The position numbers and the translations under genes were made by a program. From the NCBI GenBank assembly GCA_963706045.1, contig CAVPLY010000007.1, positions 33,214 through 97,213 of the forward strand: a DNA stretch of 64,000 bases, written 5' to 3'. Origin of the DNA: an uncultured Actinomycetota bacterium. Lineage in GTDB: Bacteria > Actinomycetota > Actinomycetes > JAHEKZ01. Under the pieces are notes generated by a model. The model searched no databases. It had not been told where the DNA came from and saw only the letters and a program-made list of their open reading frames with translations. Positions within the stretch are counted from its first letter, which is position 1. Each line of letters opens with the position of its first letter. Below, one piece after another: positions 1-9,801 of this stretch.

Positions 1-247
1 GGGCAAAGAGCCAGGTCAAGACCAGGATGAGTCCGACAGCCTGAATCGTGATGACGAGCCAGCCCGGAAGGGCCAAAGCCCTGGTGGCCCCGCCCAGCAC
101 CGCGGTGGTCGCGATCACCAGCAGTGTCGACGCAACCCACGGGCCGTCTGAGAGAGTCGGGGACAGAGCCATCGCGGTCAGCGTCACCGCGGCGGCCGCA
201 GCCAGCGTGGGCCGGACCTGTTGCAGGACTGCTCGCCGCGGAGTCAT
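1..247 (-). CDS. Transglutaminase (TgpA/DUF3488-type) membrane protein, N-terminal part; continues beyond left edge
   Basis: ATG at 247 overlaps the DUF58 stop (ATGA). Reads MTPRRAVLQQVRPTLAAAAAVTLTAMALSPTLSDGPWVASTLLVIATTAVLGG..., hydrophobic. Family inferred from the usual third gene of MoxR-DUF58-transglutaminase operons. Confidence 0.7.
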   Translation of the reverse strand, partial: MTPRRAVLQQVRPTLAAAAAVTLTAMALSPTLSDGPWVASTLLVIATTAVLGGATRALALPGWLVITIQAVGLILVLTWLFA

Positions 248-1539
248 GCGCTGACTTCTGAGGTTCGCGCCGTTGAGGCGGCGGTGCCACCGGAGAACCC
301 ACCCGCGAAGCTGAGATGGCGCCATACCTCGGCCAGGTTCTCGCCACGAGCCAGCGGGAGGACGGCCCAGCCAGCGGCTCGCAGGAGATCCCAGGCACCG
401 GCGGTTTCCTCGGTGCGCGGGCGGCGGGCCCACGATGCGGTGTCGAGAGCGATGGCGATGCTGGCGCCCATGCCGTGGCGGGCCTGTGCCAGAAGGTCAG
501 CCTCACGAAGCGTCACCGTTGCGAGCACGATCACGATCAGACCATCGCTGCCGTGACGCACGGTGTTGGCCATGGTGTGGATGCTCGCGGAGCGCGATGG
601 TTCGGCGACGGCGAGAGCATCGAGCATCAGCCCCGTCGGATCAGCGCTGGACCCGTCGTCGACGGCGCTCGCCGAGGTCACCTCGCGGTCGTCGGCAACC
701 AGTCGAACGGCGTAGCCCCGATGAGACAGGTGGAGACCGATCGAAGCAGTTGCGCCGACGGCTCGCTCGAAACTTCCCGACAGCGACTCCCCGACGTGTG
801 CCGTCGTCCGGTCGTCAAGGATCACCGTTGCACGGCTCTCCCACGGTTGTTCTTCGCGCCGAACCATCAGCGCACCGGATCGGGCTGTGGCTCGCCAGTG
901 CACGCGGCGCAGCTCGTCGCCGTGGCGGTACTCACGCACCGCCACGTCGTCTTCGCCAGCTGCGGCAATGGAACGCGCCCTGCTCTCACCGGTGCCCGAC
1001 CAGTCGCCCGAGAGGGGGACGGTAGGGAGGTCTTCGGTTCGTGGTGTGACCAACAGATGCCGTTGACCGCTGAACGAACGGTCGAGCTCGCAGAAGCCGA
1101 AGGGATCGGTCAGCCGCACCGACAGTGGCCCGATCGGATATCGCCCACGGCGATCGCCATGCACGGTGTAGGTCACCGATCGAACGCTGCGAGGGGCGAG
1201 GCGGTCTACCACGAACCGTGGACCGGCCCCCAGGGCAGCTGGCACGGAGTCTTCGACCATCAGCAAGCCCGTTGGCAGGTGGGCGACGTTCTCCAGGCGC
1301 ACGGTCACGGTCGCAGACTCGCCCGACGGTGTGCGGGAAGGCTCGATGACACGATCTGAGGCGAGGCGGAATCGGGTGCGGGCGACGCTTAGAGCAGCCA
1401 GCAGCGGTAGCGCCGCCGCGAGCAGCCCGACGCGCATGATGTCTTGCTGGTCCAGCATGGCGGCGAGAAGGAACGCGGTGACGCCGGCTGCGAGCAGGGC
1501 TCGTCCCCGCGCCGTCAATCCCGCAAGTGCCGCGCGCAT
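244..1539 (-). CDS. DUF58 domain-containing protein
   Basis: N-terminal TM segments, DPFG motif, VREYRHGDELRRVHWRATARSGALMVR motif, downstream of MoxR. Start placed at ATG 1539, just after the MoxR stop. Confidence 0.9.
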   Translation of the reverse strand: MRAALAGLTARGRALLAAGVTAFLLAAMLDQQDIMRVGLLAAALPLLAALSVARTRFRLASDRVIEPSRTPSGESATVTVRLENVAHLPTGLLMVEDSVPAALGAGPRFVVDRLAPRSVRSVTYTVHGDRRGRYPIGPLSVRLTDPFGFCELDRSFSGQRHLLVTPRTEDLPTVPLSGDWSGTGESRARSIAAAGEDDVAVREYRHGDELRRVHWRATARSGALMVRREEQPWESRATVILDDRTTAHVGESLSGSFERAVGATASIGLHLSHRGYAVRLVADDREVTSASAVDDGSSADPTGLMLDALAVAEPSRSASIHTMANTVRHGSDGLIVIVLATVTLREADLLAQARHGMGASIAIALDTASWARRPRTEETAGAWDLLRAAGWAVLPLARGENLAEVWRHLSFAGGFSGGTAASTARTSEVSA

Positions 1540-1540
1540 G

Positions 1541-2539
1541 TCACCCAGCAGCCGGGATCGGCGTGCTGTCAACGAGCGCCTCGACGACCGAGCTGCTGGT
1601 GCGCCTGGCGATCTGTGCCTCGGCTGTGAGGAGGAGGCGGTGGGCCAGTACGGGAACGGCGAGCGCTCGAACGTCGTCAGGAATGACGTAGTCGCGGTCG
1701 TCGAGGGCGGCGGAGGCCTTCGCGGCGCGGATCAGCTGGAGGGTGGCGCGGGGTGATGCGCCCAGTCGCAGGTCTGGGTGGCGACGCGAGGCTGACACCA
1801 GATCGACCGCGTAGCGGTGCAGAGCCGTGCTGACATGAAGACCCCGAACCTGATCGATGAGGCCGGCAACATCAGCCGCCGTGGCAACTGGCTTGATCTC
1901 GTCCAACGGGCGACCGCCTCCGTGTGCGGCCAGCATGCTCATCTCGTCGCCGTGATCGGGATAGCCCATCGACAGTCGGGCCATGAACCGGTCGCGCTGT
2001 GCCTCGGGGAGTGGGTAGGTGCCCTCCATCTCGATGGGGTTCTGTGTGGCGACCACCATGAACGGCGTGGCGAGCGGATAGGTCGAACCGTCGACGGTGA
2101 CCTGATGCTCCTCCATGGCCTCCAGAAGTGCCGACTGGGTCTTAGGTGAGGCGCGGTTGATCTCGTCACCGATCACGATGTTGGCGAACACCGCTCCGGG
2201 TCGGAACTCGAAGTCACGCGTTTCCTGATTGAAGACGCTGACTCCGGTGATGTCGCTGGGCAGCAGGTCGGGCGTGAACTGGATACGCCGCACTGTGCAG
2301 TCCAGCGATCGAGCGAGTGACTTGGCCAGCATCGTCTTTCCGACGCCGGGCACGTCCTCGATCAACAGGTGGCCCTCGGCCAGCAGGGTCACCAGCGCCA
2401 GGCGAATCGCATCTGGCTTTCCTTCGATGACGCCCGCAACGGCGTGTCCGATCTCGGCGCCTCGACCAGAGACGCCCTGTTCGTGAGGCGGGGAGTCCGA
2501 ATCGGGCGGCGAAGCGGTGGAGCCGTCGACGGCAGTCAC
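1541..2539 (-). CDS. moxR: MoxR family AAA+ ATPase
   Basis: HLLIEDVPGVGKT, RIQFTPDLLPSD, DEINRA and ATQNPIE motifs. GTG at 2539 preceded by AGGA. Confidence 0.93.
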   Translation of the reverse strand: MTAVDGSTASPPDSDSPPHEQGVSGRGAEIGHAVAGVIEGKPDAIRLALVTLLAEGHLLIEDVPGVGKTMLAKSLARSLDCTVRRIQFTPDLLPSDITGVSVFNQETRDFEFRPGAVFANIVIGDEINRASPKTQSALLEAMEEHQVTVDGSTYPLATPFMVVATQNPIEMEGTYPLPEAQRDRFMARLSMGYPDHGDEMSMLAAHGGGRPLDEIKPVATAADVAGLIDQVRGLHVSTALHRYAVDLVSASRRHPDLRLGASPRATLQLIRAAKASAALDDRDYVIPDDVRALAVPVLAHRLLLTAEAQIARRTSSSVVEALVDSTPIPAAG

Positions 2540-2668
2540 GGTGTGTCCTGGGGAGCGGGGTGAGGCACCGAGTCTCCTGGGCGTGGGGGGCGAGGGTCGA
2601 TCAGGTGGCAGTCGCACCACCCCTCCAGCGTAAGCCGATCGAGGTCTGGCGGCCTCCAGAAACCAGTC

Positions 2669-2790
2669 CTCCACTTCACTCCACGCTTTTGATCTGCAAG
2701 TTTCTTGCTCAAGTGGTGCTAAATGTGAGCTCAGATGGTTGACGGTGGGGAAAAGTGGAGTATGGTGGCGCATCGTGGGTGAGGGCGGAG
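2669..2790. promoter_or_regulatory. MraZ-binding direct repeats (dcw box), 10-bp period GTGGN
   Basis: GTGGG 2745, GTGGA 2755, GTGGC 2765, GTGGG 2775, with degenerate copies at 2725, 2735 and 2785. Two inverted GTGGAG copies at 2669-2674 and 2679-2684. Directly upstream of mraZ. Confidence 0.8.
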
Positions 2791-2821
2791 CAGGACAGAG
2801 CGTGGAGGGGAGGCGTGGCCG

Positions 2822-3250
2822 GTGTTCTTGGGCACGCACTACCCCAAGCTCGACGACAAAGGTCGACTCTTCCTTCCAGCCAAGTTCCGTGAGCCCCTGC
2901 AAGGGGGCTTGGTGATCACCAAGGGCCAAGAGCACTCGCTCTTCGTTTTCCCGCGTGAGGACTTCTTCGCCTACGCCCGTCGCTTTGAGGACGCCCCCCT
3001 GTCGAGCAAGGGCACCCGCGACTACGTCCGGGTATTGCTCTCTGGCGCCTCAGATGAGCTACCGGACCGTCAGGGCCGCATCACGGTGCCGCCCACGCTT
3101 CGCGAGTACGCCGGTCTTTCCAAGGAGTGCGTGGTCATTGGCGCCGGGTCGCGAGTAGAGATCTGGGACTCCCGACGTTGGACCGAGTACCTCGGGCCGA
3201 GCGAGGGCGCCTACGCGGATCTGAGCCAGGAGGTGCTGCCTGGCACCTGA
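2822..3250 (+). CDS. mraZ: Transcriptional regulator MraZ
   Basis: [26 protein letters not shown] motif, RVEIW; first gene of the dcw cluster. Confidence 0.97.
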   Translation: MFLGTHYPKLDDKGRLFLPAKFREPLQGGLVITKGQEHSLFVFPREDFFAYARRFEDAPLSSKGTRDYVRVLLSGASDELPDRQGRITVPPTLREYAGLSKECVVIGAGSRVEIWDSRRWTEYLGPSEGAYADLSQEVLPGT

Positions 3251-3269
3251 TCGCGTCGTCCTTGCGATG

Positions 3270-3354
3270 TGGTCTTCCGCCGCTCTGTTCACGCCGGACC
3301 CTCCTGGCGCACCTTCCCCGGTGCCAGAAGTCGGCGGAGAGCGGAGGAAGACCA
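3270..3354 (+). ncRNA. mraW RNA motif (actinobacterial cis-element hairpin)
   Basis: Long hairpin TGGTCTTCC...GGAAGACCA with apical CTGGC(GC)ACC-TTCCCC-GGT-GCCAG. A CUUCCCC loop upstream of rsmH (mraW) is the hallmark of this motif. Confidence 0.8.
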
Positions 3355-3408
3355 GGTCACGAGGGCAAGTCCCAGTCCGAATCATCAGCCGCATGTGAAG
3401 GGTCGAGC

Positions 3409-3615
3409 ATGAGTGGCACTTTGGGGATCGCCCCGATCCGCACCGCCGGTCTCGATGGCATCCATCGAGCAGTACAGGCCCTGGCCGTCCGGCATGGGGC
3501 GCTGCGTCGCAGGGGCGGCCTCAGCACCCGATGGGGCGTGCCGGCTGCGGTACTGCTGACGGCCATTGTCGCCTTGGCCACTGTCTCGGTCGCCAGCAGC
3601 TTGGCCGCGGCGTGA
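3409..3615 (+). CDS. Small putative membrane protein (68 aa)
   Basis: GAAGGG RBS-like sequence, ATG 3409, C-terminal hydrophobic helix (WGVPAAVLLTAIVALATVSVA). Stop TGA overlaps the rsmH GTG (GTGA). Confidence 0.5.
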   Translation: MSGTLGIAPIRTAGLDGIHRAVQALAVRHGALRRRGGLSTRWGVPAAVLLTAIVALATVSVASSLAAA

Positions 3616-4550
3616 GTGAGCCCACCCACGCCCCGGTGATGTGCGAACGCGTTGTCGCACTTCTGGCACCTGCCCTTCAGGCGCCTGGCGCCATCCTGGT
3701 CGACGCGACCGTCGGCCTCGGCGGTCACAGCGGAGCGCTCCTTCGGTCGTGCCCGCATGCGCAGCTCATCGGGATCGACCGCGACCCGGGAGCGCTTGCC
3801 ATCGCGAACGATCGCCTCTCAGATGTGGCTGGGCGGGTCACGCTGGTGCACGCCGTCTACGACGAAATCCCTCACGTACTCGCCGAACTCGGACATCCGC
3901 GGGTACACGGCGTACTTCTCGACCTCGGTGTCTCGTCCATGCAGCTCGATCGCCCAGACCGTGGCTTTGCCTACTCGTATGACGCGCCGCTGGACATGCG
4001 CATGGACCCGACGGCCGAGCTCACGGCAGAGGCCGTGGTGAACGAATACTCTGTCGGCGCGTTGACCCGGGTTCTGCGCGAGTACGGCGAGGAACGCTTC
4101 GCGCTCCGGATCGCGAGGAGCATTAGTCAGCGCCGGCCCCTGTCGTCGAGTGCTGAGCTGGTCGAGGCGATCCGCGAGGCGGTCCCTGCCGCGGCACAGC
4201 GCCAAGGAGGCCATCCGGCCAAGCGCACCTTCCAGGCGCTCCGGATCGAGGTCAATGACGAGCTCGGCGCACTGCGCCGGGCCCTGCCCGCCGCTGTTGA
4301 GGCTCTGGCCGTTCGTGGACGTATCGTCGTGATGTCGTACCAGTCGTTGGAAGACCGCATCACCAAGCGCGCCTTCGCTGACCGTCTCGTCGACGATGTG
4401 CCCGAAGGGTTTCCCGTTCCTGGCAAGGGGCCTGAGCTTGCCCTGCTCACACGTGGAGCCGAGCGCCCAACGCCCGATGAGGTCGAGGCCAACCCTCGAG
4501 CAGCTTCTGCACGTGTTCGGGCCGCCGAGCGGGTGCGGGAGGCCGCGTGA
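3612..4550 (+). CDS. rsmH: 16S rRNA m4C1402 methyltransferase RsmH (MraW)
   Basis: H.PV, DATVGLGGHS, DLGVSSMQLD, TFQALRIEVN and SLEDR motifs. Confidence 0.97.
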   Translation: MSEPTHAPVMCERVVALLAPALQAPGAILVDATVGLGGHSGALLRSCPHAQLIGIDRDPGALAIANDRLSDVAGRVTLVHAVYDEIPHVLAELGHPRVHGVLLDLGVSSMQLDRPDRGFAYSYDAPLDMRMDPTAELTAEAVVNEYSVGALTRVLREYGEERFALRIARSISQRRPLSSSAELVEAIREAVPAAAQRQGGHPAKRTFQALRIEVNDELGALRRALPAAVEALAVRGRIVVMSYQSLEDRITKRAFADRLVDDVPEGFPVPGKGPELALLTRGAERPTPDEVEANPRAASARVRAAERVREAA

Positions 4551-5077
4551 GCATCCTTACCGCACTCGAGCGGTCGGCGAGGACCGGAGCCGCCGCAGGC
4601 CGTGGGCCAGGTCAAGATCGCCCAGGCCCCGCCAGAGTCCGTCCGCTGCCACCTCCAGTCACGCGTCCTGCCCGTGCCCCCTTCGTGGTGCTCGTCCTGG
4701 TGGTTCTCTCACTGGGGCTTGGGCTCCTCCTGCTCCTGAACACGCTGCTTGCCCAGGGGTCCTTCACGCTGCACTCCCTTGACGCCAAGGTCGCCGACCT
4801 GGCCGACCGCGAGCAGGCGCTACAGCAGCGCACAGCCGAACTCGCTGCGCCGCAGCGACTGGCGCGCAGCGCGGCCCAGATCGGCATGGTCCCGGCGGTC
4901 AACCCGGCGTTCCTGAGAGCGGAGGACGGCAAGATTCTCGGCGAGCCGATGCCGGCTTCGGAGCCGAGTCCCGTGGTTGGATCGGTATCCGCGACAAACG
5001 CTCAACCGCCGGCTGCGAACCAGCAGACGAACGGGTCAGGTCAGGGAAGCCAGGCTGGTGGAGGGGGGGACCGGTGA
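4547..5077 (+). CDS. ftsL: Cell division protein FtsL-like
   Basis: Single TM followed by a coiled coil and A..GMVP; lies between rsmH and ftsI. Confidence 0.85.
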   Translation: MSILTALERSARTGAAAGRGPGQDRPGPARVRPLPPPVTRPARAPFVVLVLVVLSLGLGLLLLLNTLLAQGSFTLHSLDAKVADLADREQALQQRTAELAAPQRLARSAAQIGMVPAVNPAFLRAEDGKILGEPMPASEPSPVVGSVSATNAQPPAANQQTNGSGQGSQAGGGGDR

Positions 5078-6858
5078 CGCAGGCACGTCGGCCACCCGCT
5101 GCGCCCCGCCGCCCTTTACGCCCCAGCGTGCCTCGTTCCCGACGGGTGCGAGATCCGCGTCGACGTCTGGTGACGGTGGGTGTTCTCGTCGCCATGGTGA
5201 TGTCACTCTTCGCCGGGCGACTCCTCCAGCTGCAGGGTGTCGAGGCCGCGGCCTACGCGGCCACTGCCGAAGCTGAGCGCCTTCGCACGGTCACCATCTC
5301 GGCCACTCGCGGCGCGATCACTGACGCGCACGGAATTGCTCTTGCCACAACGGTTGACGCCGTCAACGTGACCGCCGACCAGACACAGATCGCCGACCCG
5401 GTGGCGGTTGCTGCAGCGCTTGCCCCGGTTCTCGGCCAGCCGCTGAAGGCCATCCACGCCAAGCTGGTCGGAGACTCCCGTTTCGCCTACGTGGCCATGG
5501 ATATCACGCCGCGGCGCTGGGATGCGGTGGCAGCGCTCCGGCTCCCTGGCATCTACAGCGAGCCGACCTCGCGGCGGGTGTATCCGCAGGGGTCACTGGG
5601 CGCAGCACTTCTCGGGTTCGTGGGGAGCGACGGCCGCGGTCTCGATGGGCTCGAGAACAGCTGGGACCGTCAGCTGGCAGGCAGAGACGGTCAGATTACC
5701 TACGAGTCGGCAGCCGGCGGCCGACAGATTCCCAGCGCCGACTCCGAGACCGAGGAGTCGATCCCGGGTGTTGATGTCCAGCTCACGATCGACCGCGATA
5801 TCCAGTTCATCGCCGAGCGGGCGATCCGCGCAAAGGTCAATCAGTCCAACGCCGACAGCGGAACCGTGGTGGCGATGGACCCGCGGACGGGCGAGGTTCT
5901 GGCGCTGGCGACATATCCGTCCTTCGACCCTCGCGACCCGACAGCAGCCCCGGAGGCGTACCGCGGTAACCGAGCGGTCTCGGAGATCTACGAGCCCGGC
6001 AGTACGAGCAAGGTCATGACCATGGCCGCCGCGCTGGATGCCGGTGCCGTCAAGCCCACCACCAAGATCGAGGTCCCGCCGGTGCTCTATCGCGGTGGAG
6101 ATGACTTCAACGATCACACTCCGCACGGCACCCTTCATCTCACCGCTACTGGTGTGCTGGCTCAGTCGAGCAACATCGGCGCGATCCTCATCGCCGAGAA
6201 GTTGGGCGACGAAGGGCTCTACTCGTATCTGCGTAAGTTCGGCATGGGGTCGACGAGCGGATCGGACCTCCCGGGCGAGAGCGCTGGACTGTTGCCGAGA
6301 GTGGAGGACTGGGGACCAACGAACGCCGCGACCATCGCCTTCGGGCAAGGGTTCTCCCTCAACGCCCTCCAGTCCACGTCCGTGTTCGCCACCATCGCGA
6401 ACGGCGGAGTACGCGTCGAGCCCACGGTTGTAGCGGGAACGACCGGCCCCGACGGATCATTTGTTCCTGAGCCACCACCGGAGCGTCATCGTGTGGTCAG
6501 CGCCTCGACCGCCAGGACTCTGCGTCAGATGATGGAGACCGTGGTCTCTGATCAAGGAACGGCTCCACTCGCGCAGATCCCTGGCTACCGCGTCGCGGGA
6601 AAGACCGGAACCGCAGAACGCGTCGACGAGAGCTGCGGGTGCTACCGCGGCTTCACCGCCTCCTTCATCGGCTTCGCGCCGGCCGACAAACCAGCTGTCG
6701 TGGTCTCGGTCACGTTGCAGGACCCGAAGAACGGGCACTACGGAGGTCTTCTGGGTGGACCGGTGTTCAAGCGGGTGACGTCGTTCGCTCTGCAGAGCCA
6801 GCAGGTGCCGCCCACTTCCAAGTCCGCGCCATCGATGCGCCTCACGTATCGCCCCTGA
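5074..6858 (+). CDS. ftsI: Peptidoglycan D,D-transpeptidase FtsI (class B PBP)
   Basis: RG.I.D motif, YEPGSTSK (SxxK), SSN (SxN) and KTGT. Confidence 0.96.
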   Translation: MTQARRPPAAPRRPLRPSVPRSRRVRDPRRRLVTVGVLVAMVMSLFAGRLLQLQGVEAAAYAATAEAERLRTVTISATRGAITDAHGIALATTVDAVNVTADQTQIADPVAVAAALAPVLGQPLKAIHAKLVGDSRFAYVAMDITPRRWDAVAALRLPGIYSEPTSRRVYPQGSLGAALLGFVGSDGRGLDGLENSWDRQLAGRDGQITYESAAGGRQIPSADSETEESIPGVDVQLTIDRDIQFIAERAIRAKVNQSNADSGTVVAMDPRTGEVLALATYPSFDPRDPTAAPEAYRGNRAVSEIYEPGSTSKVMTMAAALDAGAVKPTTKIEVPPVLYRGGDDFNDHTPHGTLHLTATGVLAQSSNIGAILIAEKLGDEGLYSYLRKFGMGSTSGSDLPGESAGLLPRVEDWGPTNAATIAFGQGFSLNALQSTSVFATIANGGVRVEPTVVAGTTGPDGSFVPEPPPERHRVVSASTARTLRQMMETVVSDQGTAPLAQIPGYRVAGKTGTAERVDESCGCYRGFTASFIGFAPADKPAVVVSVTLQDPKNGHYGGLLGGPVFKRVTSFALQSQQVPPTSKSAPSMRLTYRP

Positions 6859-6872
6859 GTGGCCAGCCGGCT

Positions 6873-8419
6873 ATGTCACCCAGCGATGAGCGCTCACCCC
6901 GCCCCACGCCACACCCGAGGTCGCTCGCCGCGGTGTGCGCGGCCGTCGGGATCGATGCTGAACCGGTCGCGGACGTGTCCGTCACCGGCATCACTCTCAA
7001 CTCTCGTGACGTCCGTTCCGGAGACCTGTTCGTTGCGCTCACCGGTGAGCGGGTCCACGGTGCGGAGTTCGTCGCTGACGCCGTCGCTGGGGGAGCGGTT
7101 GCCGTGGCCACCGACCGTGCGGGAGTCCCATTGGTGGCCGGCCGGCTGCCCTATGTCGAGGTGCAGGACCTCCGCCACCGCACGGGCGAGCTAGCAGCAG
7201 AATATATGGCCGCCCCGCCGATGACCTGATACTGCTCGGCGTAACGGGAACCAACGGAAAGACCACCACGGCGTACCTGCTGGAGTCCGGTTTGCGGGCG
7301 GCCGGGCACCGGACCGGCTTGGTCGGCACCGTCGCGACGCTTATTGATGGGCAGGCCTTCGCCACTGTTCGCACGACGCCCGAGGCGCCTGAGCTGCATG
7401 CCCTGCTGGCCGTCATGCGCGAGCGCGGCGTGACTGCTGTGGCCATGGAGGTGTCCAGCCATGCTTTGGCGATGGCGCGCGTCGATGGCTGCGTGTTTGA
7501 CGTCTCAGGTTTCACGCAGCTCGCAGTCGACCACCTCGACTTCCATGGAAGCGAAGAGGCCTACTTCGCCGCGAAGCTGAAGCTCTTCTCCCCGGAGCGA
7601 AGTCGACGATCTGTCATCACCGTTGATGACGACGGCGGCCGAAGAATGGCGCGGGAGGCACAGGGTGAGGTCGAGACGCTCGGCGTCGAGGCGGATGCTG
7701 ACTGGCGGATCACGGGGGTGCGTGAGCGGCCCCACGGTGGCTATGACTTCAGTATCACCGCACCCGACGGGGCCACTCATACAGGCACTGTCCAACTCGT
7801 CGGTCGCTTCAACGTAGCCAATGCGGCGCTCGCCCAAGTGATGTTGATGCGTGCAGGCGTGCAGCCGGAGGTCGCAGTCGCCGGTGTCGGTCGCTGCAAG
7901 GGCGTGCCCGGTCGGATGGAGCGGGTGGGCCCGGCGGAGGTGGCGCTCGTCGTCGACTACGCCCACACCGCCGACGCGCTGGCCAGGGCTCTCGACGCGG
8001 TCCAGCCTGAGGGAGGCGGTCGCGTCATCGTCGTCTTCGGCTGCGGTGGCGACAGAGACGCGGGCAAGCGTGCTCCGATGGGTGTCGCTGCAGCCTCCCG
8101 TGCCGCAGTGGTCGTCGTCACCGACGACAACCCGCGTACGGAGTCTCCCGGTCTCATCCGGCAGGCTGTGCTCGCAGGCACGGCAGAGGTGCCTGTCGCC
8201 GAACGAGCAGAGGTTGTCGAGATGGCTGACCGCAAGGCGGCACTGGAGTGGGCCGTTCGCAAGGCATCACCGGGCGACGTCGTGCTCGTGGCGGGAAAGG
8301 GTCACGAGAGTGGCCAAGAGGTCGGGACGGTGACGACTCCGTTCGACGACCGCACCGAGCTGCTTGCCGCGTGGACACGCGTGCACGGCGACGCGGACAG
8401 GGACAGCGACAGTTCATGA
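6873..8419 (+). CDS. murE: UDP-MurNAc-Ala-Glu--diaminopimelate ligase MurE, with a 1-nt frameshift near 7201-7203
   Basis: The N-terminal domain (ITLNSRDV..GDLF) is in the 6873 frame; GVTGTNGKTT, TTPE, MEVSSH, DYAH, DDNPR and AGKGHE are in the -1 frame. Adding one A (GAA ATA TAT GGC) restores ELAAEIYGRPA. Confidence 0.93.
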
Positions 8420-9801
8420 TTCCCACCACTCTGGCTGACGTGGCAGCCGCTGCAGGCGGACGACTGGTGGGCGCCGCCGACGATTCTCTGGAAGTTGTCG
8501 GTGTTGAGTCAGACAGCCGCAAAGTGGGCCCAGGAAGTCTCTTCGTGGCGCTTGAAGGAACACGCGTCGACGGTCACGACTTCGCCGGTCAGGCTGTCGC
8601 GGCCGGTGCTCTCGCTGTGCTTGGAACACGTCCCACGGGAGTGCCGACCATCGTGGTGACCGATGTGCTCACGGCTCTTGGAGCATTGGCGCGGTTCCAT
8701 GTCGACCGGCTTACCGACACCACTGTGGTCGCCATTACCGGCTCAGTCGGCAAGACAACGGCCAAGGACCTGATTGCCGCTGTGCTCGAGGCGGATGGTC
8801 CGACCATTTCTCCACCGGGTTCGTTCAACAACGAGCTAGGTCTGCCGCTGACGGTGCTGTCAGCCACCTCTGACACGCGCTACCTCGTGCTCGAGATGGG
8901 GGCTCGTGGCCGAGGGCACATCGACTATCTCTGTTCCATCGCACCGCCGGACATCGGGGTCGAGCTCATGGTGGGGACGGCGCACCTCAGCGAGTTCGGA
9001 AGCCGCGAGGCGATCGCCGACGCGAAGGCTGAACTCGTCCGAGCACTTCCTGAGTCTGGAACTGCGATCCTCAACGCCGATGATGACCTGGTCCGCGACA
9101 TGGCGAACCAGACGTCAGCCGCGGTCGCCTGGTTCGGGCAACGGCCCGGCTCCCAGGTGAGCGCCGAGGACATAGAGTGCGACGCCTTCGATCGAGCCTC
9201 ATTCACGCTGACCACGCCGCGGGGCGAGGCCCCCGTGGCCCTGAAGCTGGTGGGAAGCCATGCGGTACCGAATGCGCTGGCGGCAGCAGCCGTCGGCTGG
9301 GCGGTGGGGATGGACACCGCTGCTATCGGCGATGCTCTGTCTGCTGCGACGCCCCGCAGCCGGTGGCGGATGGAGATCAATGAGCGAGCCGATGGGCTCG
9401 TGGTCATCAACGACGCCTACAACGCCAGCCCGGAGTCCATGCGTGCAGCTCTTAAGTCCTTGAAGACCATCGCCGGTGAGCGTCGGTCATGGGCGATCCT
9501 GGGCGAGATGCTCGAACTGGGCGAGAGCTCGATGGCCGAACACGACGCGATCGGTCGGCTGGTTGTGCGCTTAGATGTGCAACGGTTGGTCGTCGTAGGA
9601 GAGGGAGCAAGGCCGATGCATCTCGCGGCTGGCCTTGAAGGTTCGTGGGGACAGGAGTCGGTGTTCGTGCCTGATGTCGAGAGCGCCGTCGCGCTGCTAC
9701 GCGACGAGGTCAGGTCGGACGACGTCGTTCTGGTAAAGGCCTCGAGAGCTGCTGGCCTTGAAACGGTGGCGGCGCGCCTGCTTGATGGTGAGGCCCCATG
9801 A
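8416..9801 (+). CDS. murF: UDP-MurNAc-tripeptide--D-Ala-D-Ala ligase MurF
   Basis: ITGSVGKTT, SFNNELGLP, DAYNASPES, GEMLELG and KASR motifs. Confidence 0.96.
   Translation: MIPTTLADVAAAAGGRLVGAADDSLEVVGVESDSRKVGPGSLFVALEGTRVDGHDFAGQAVAAGALAVLGTRPTGVPTIVVTDVLTALGALARFHVDRLTDTTVVAITGSVGKTTAKDLIAAVLEADGPTISPPGSFNNELGLPLTVLSATSDTRYLVLEMGARGRGHIDYLCSIAPPDIGVELMVGTAHLSEFGSREAIADAKAELVRALPESGTAILNADDDLVRDMANQTSAAVAWFGQRPGSQVSAEDIECDAFDRASFTLTTPRGEAPVALKLVGSHAVPNALAAAAVGWAVGMDTAAIGDALSAATPRSRWRMEINERADGLVVINDAYNASPESMRAALKSLKTIAGERRSWAILGEMLELGESSMAEHDAIGRLVVRLDVQRLVVVGEGARPMHLAAGLEGSWGQESVFVPDVESAVALLRDEVRSDDVVLVKASRAAGLETVAARLLDGEAP

Noticed and set aside
7195-7232. Programmed -1 frameshift in murE
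   Set aside because: No slippery heptamer or evident stimulatory structure; other indels in the window point to consensus error.
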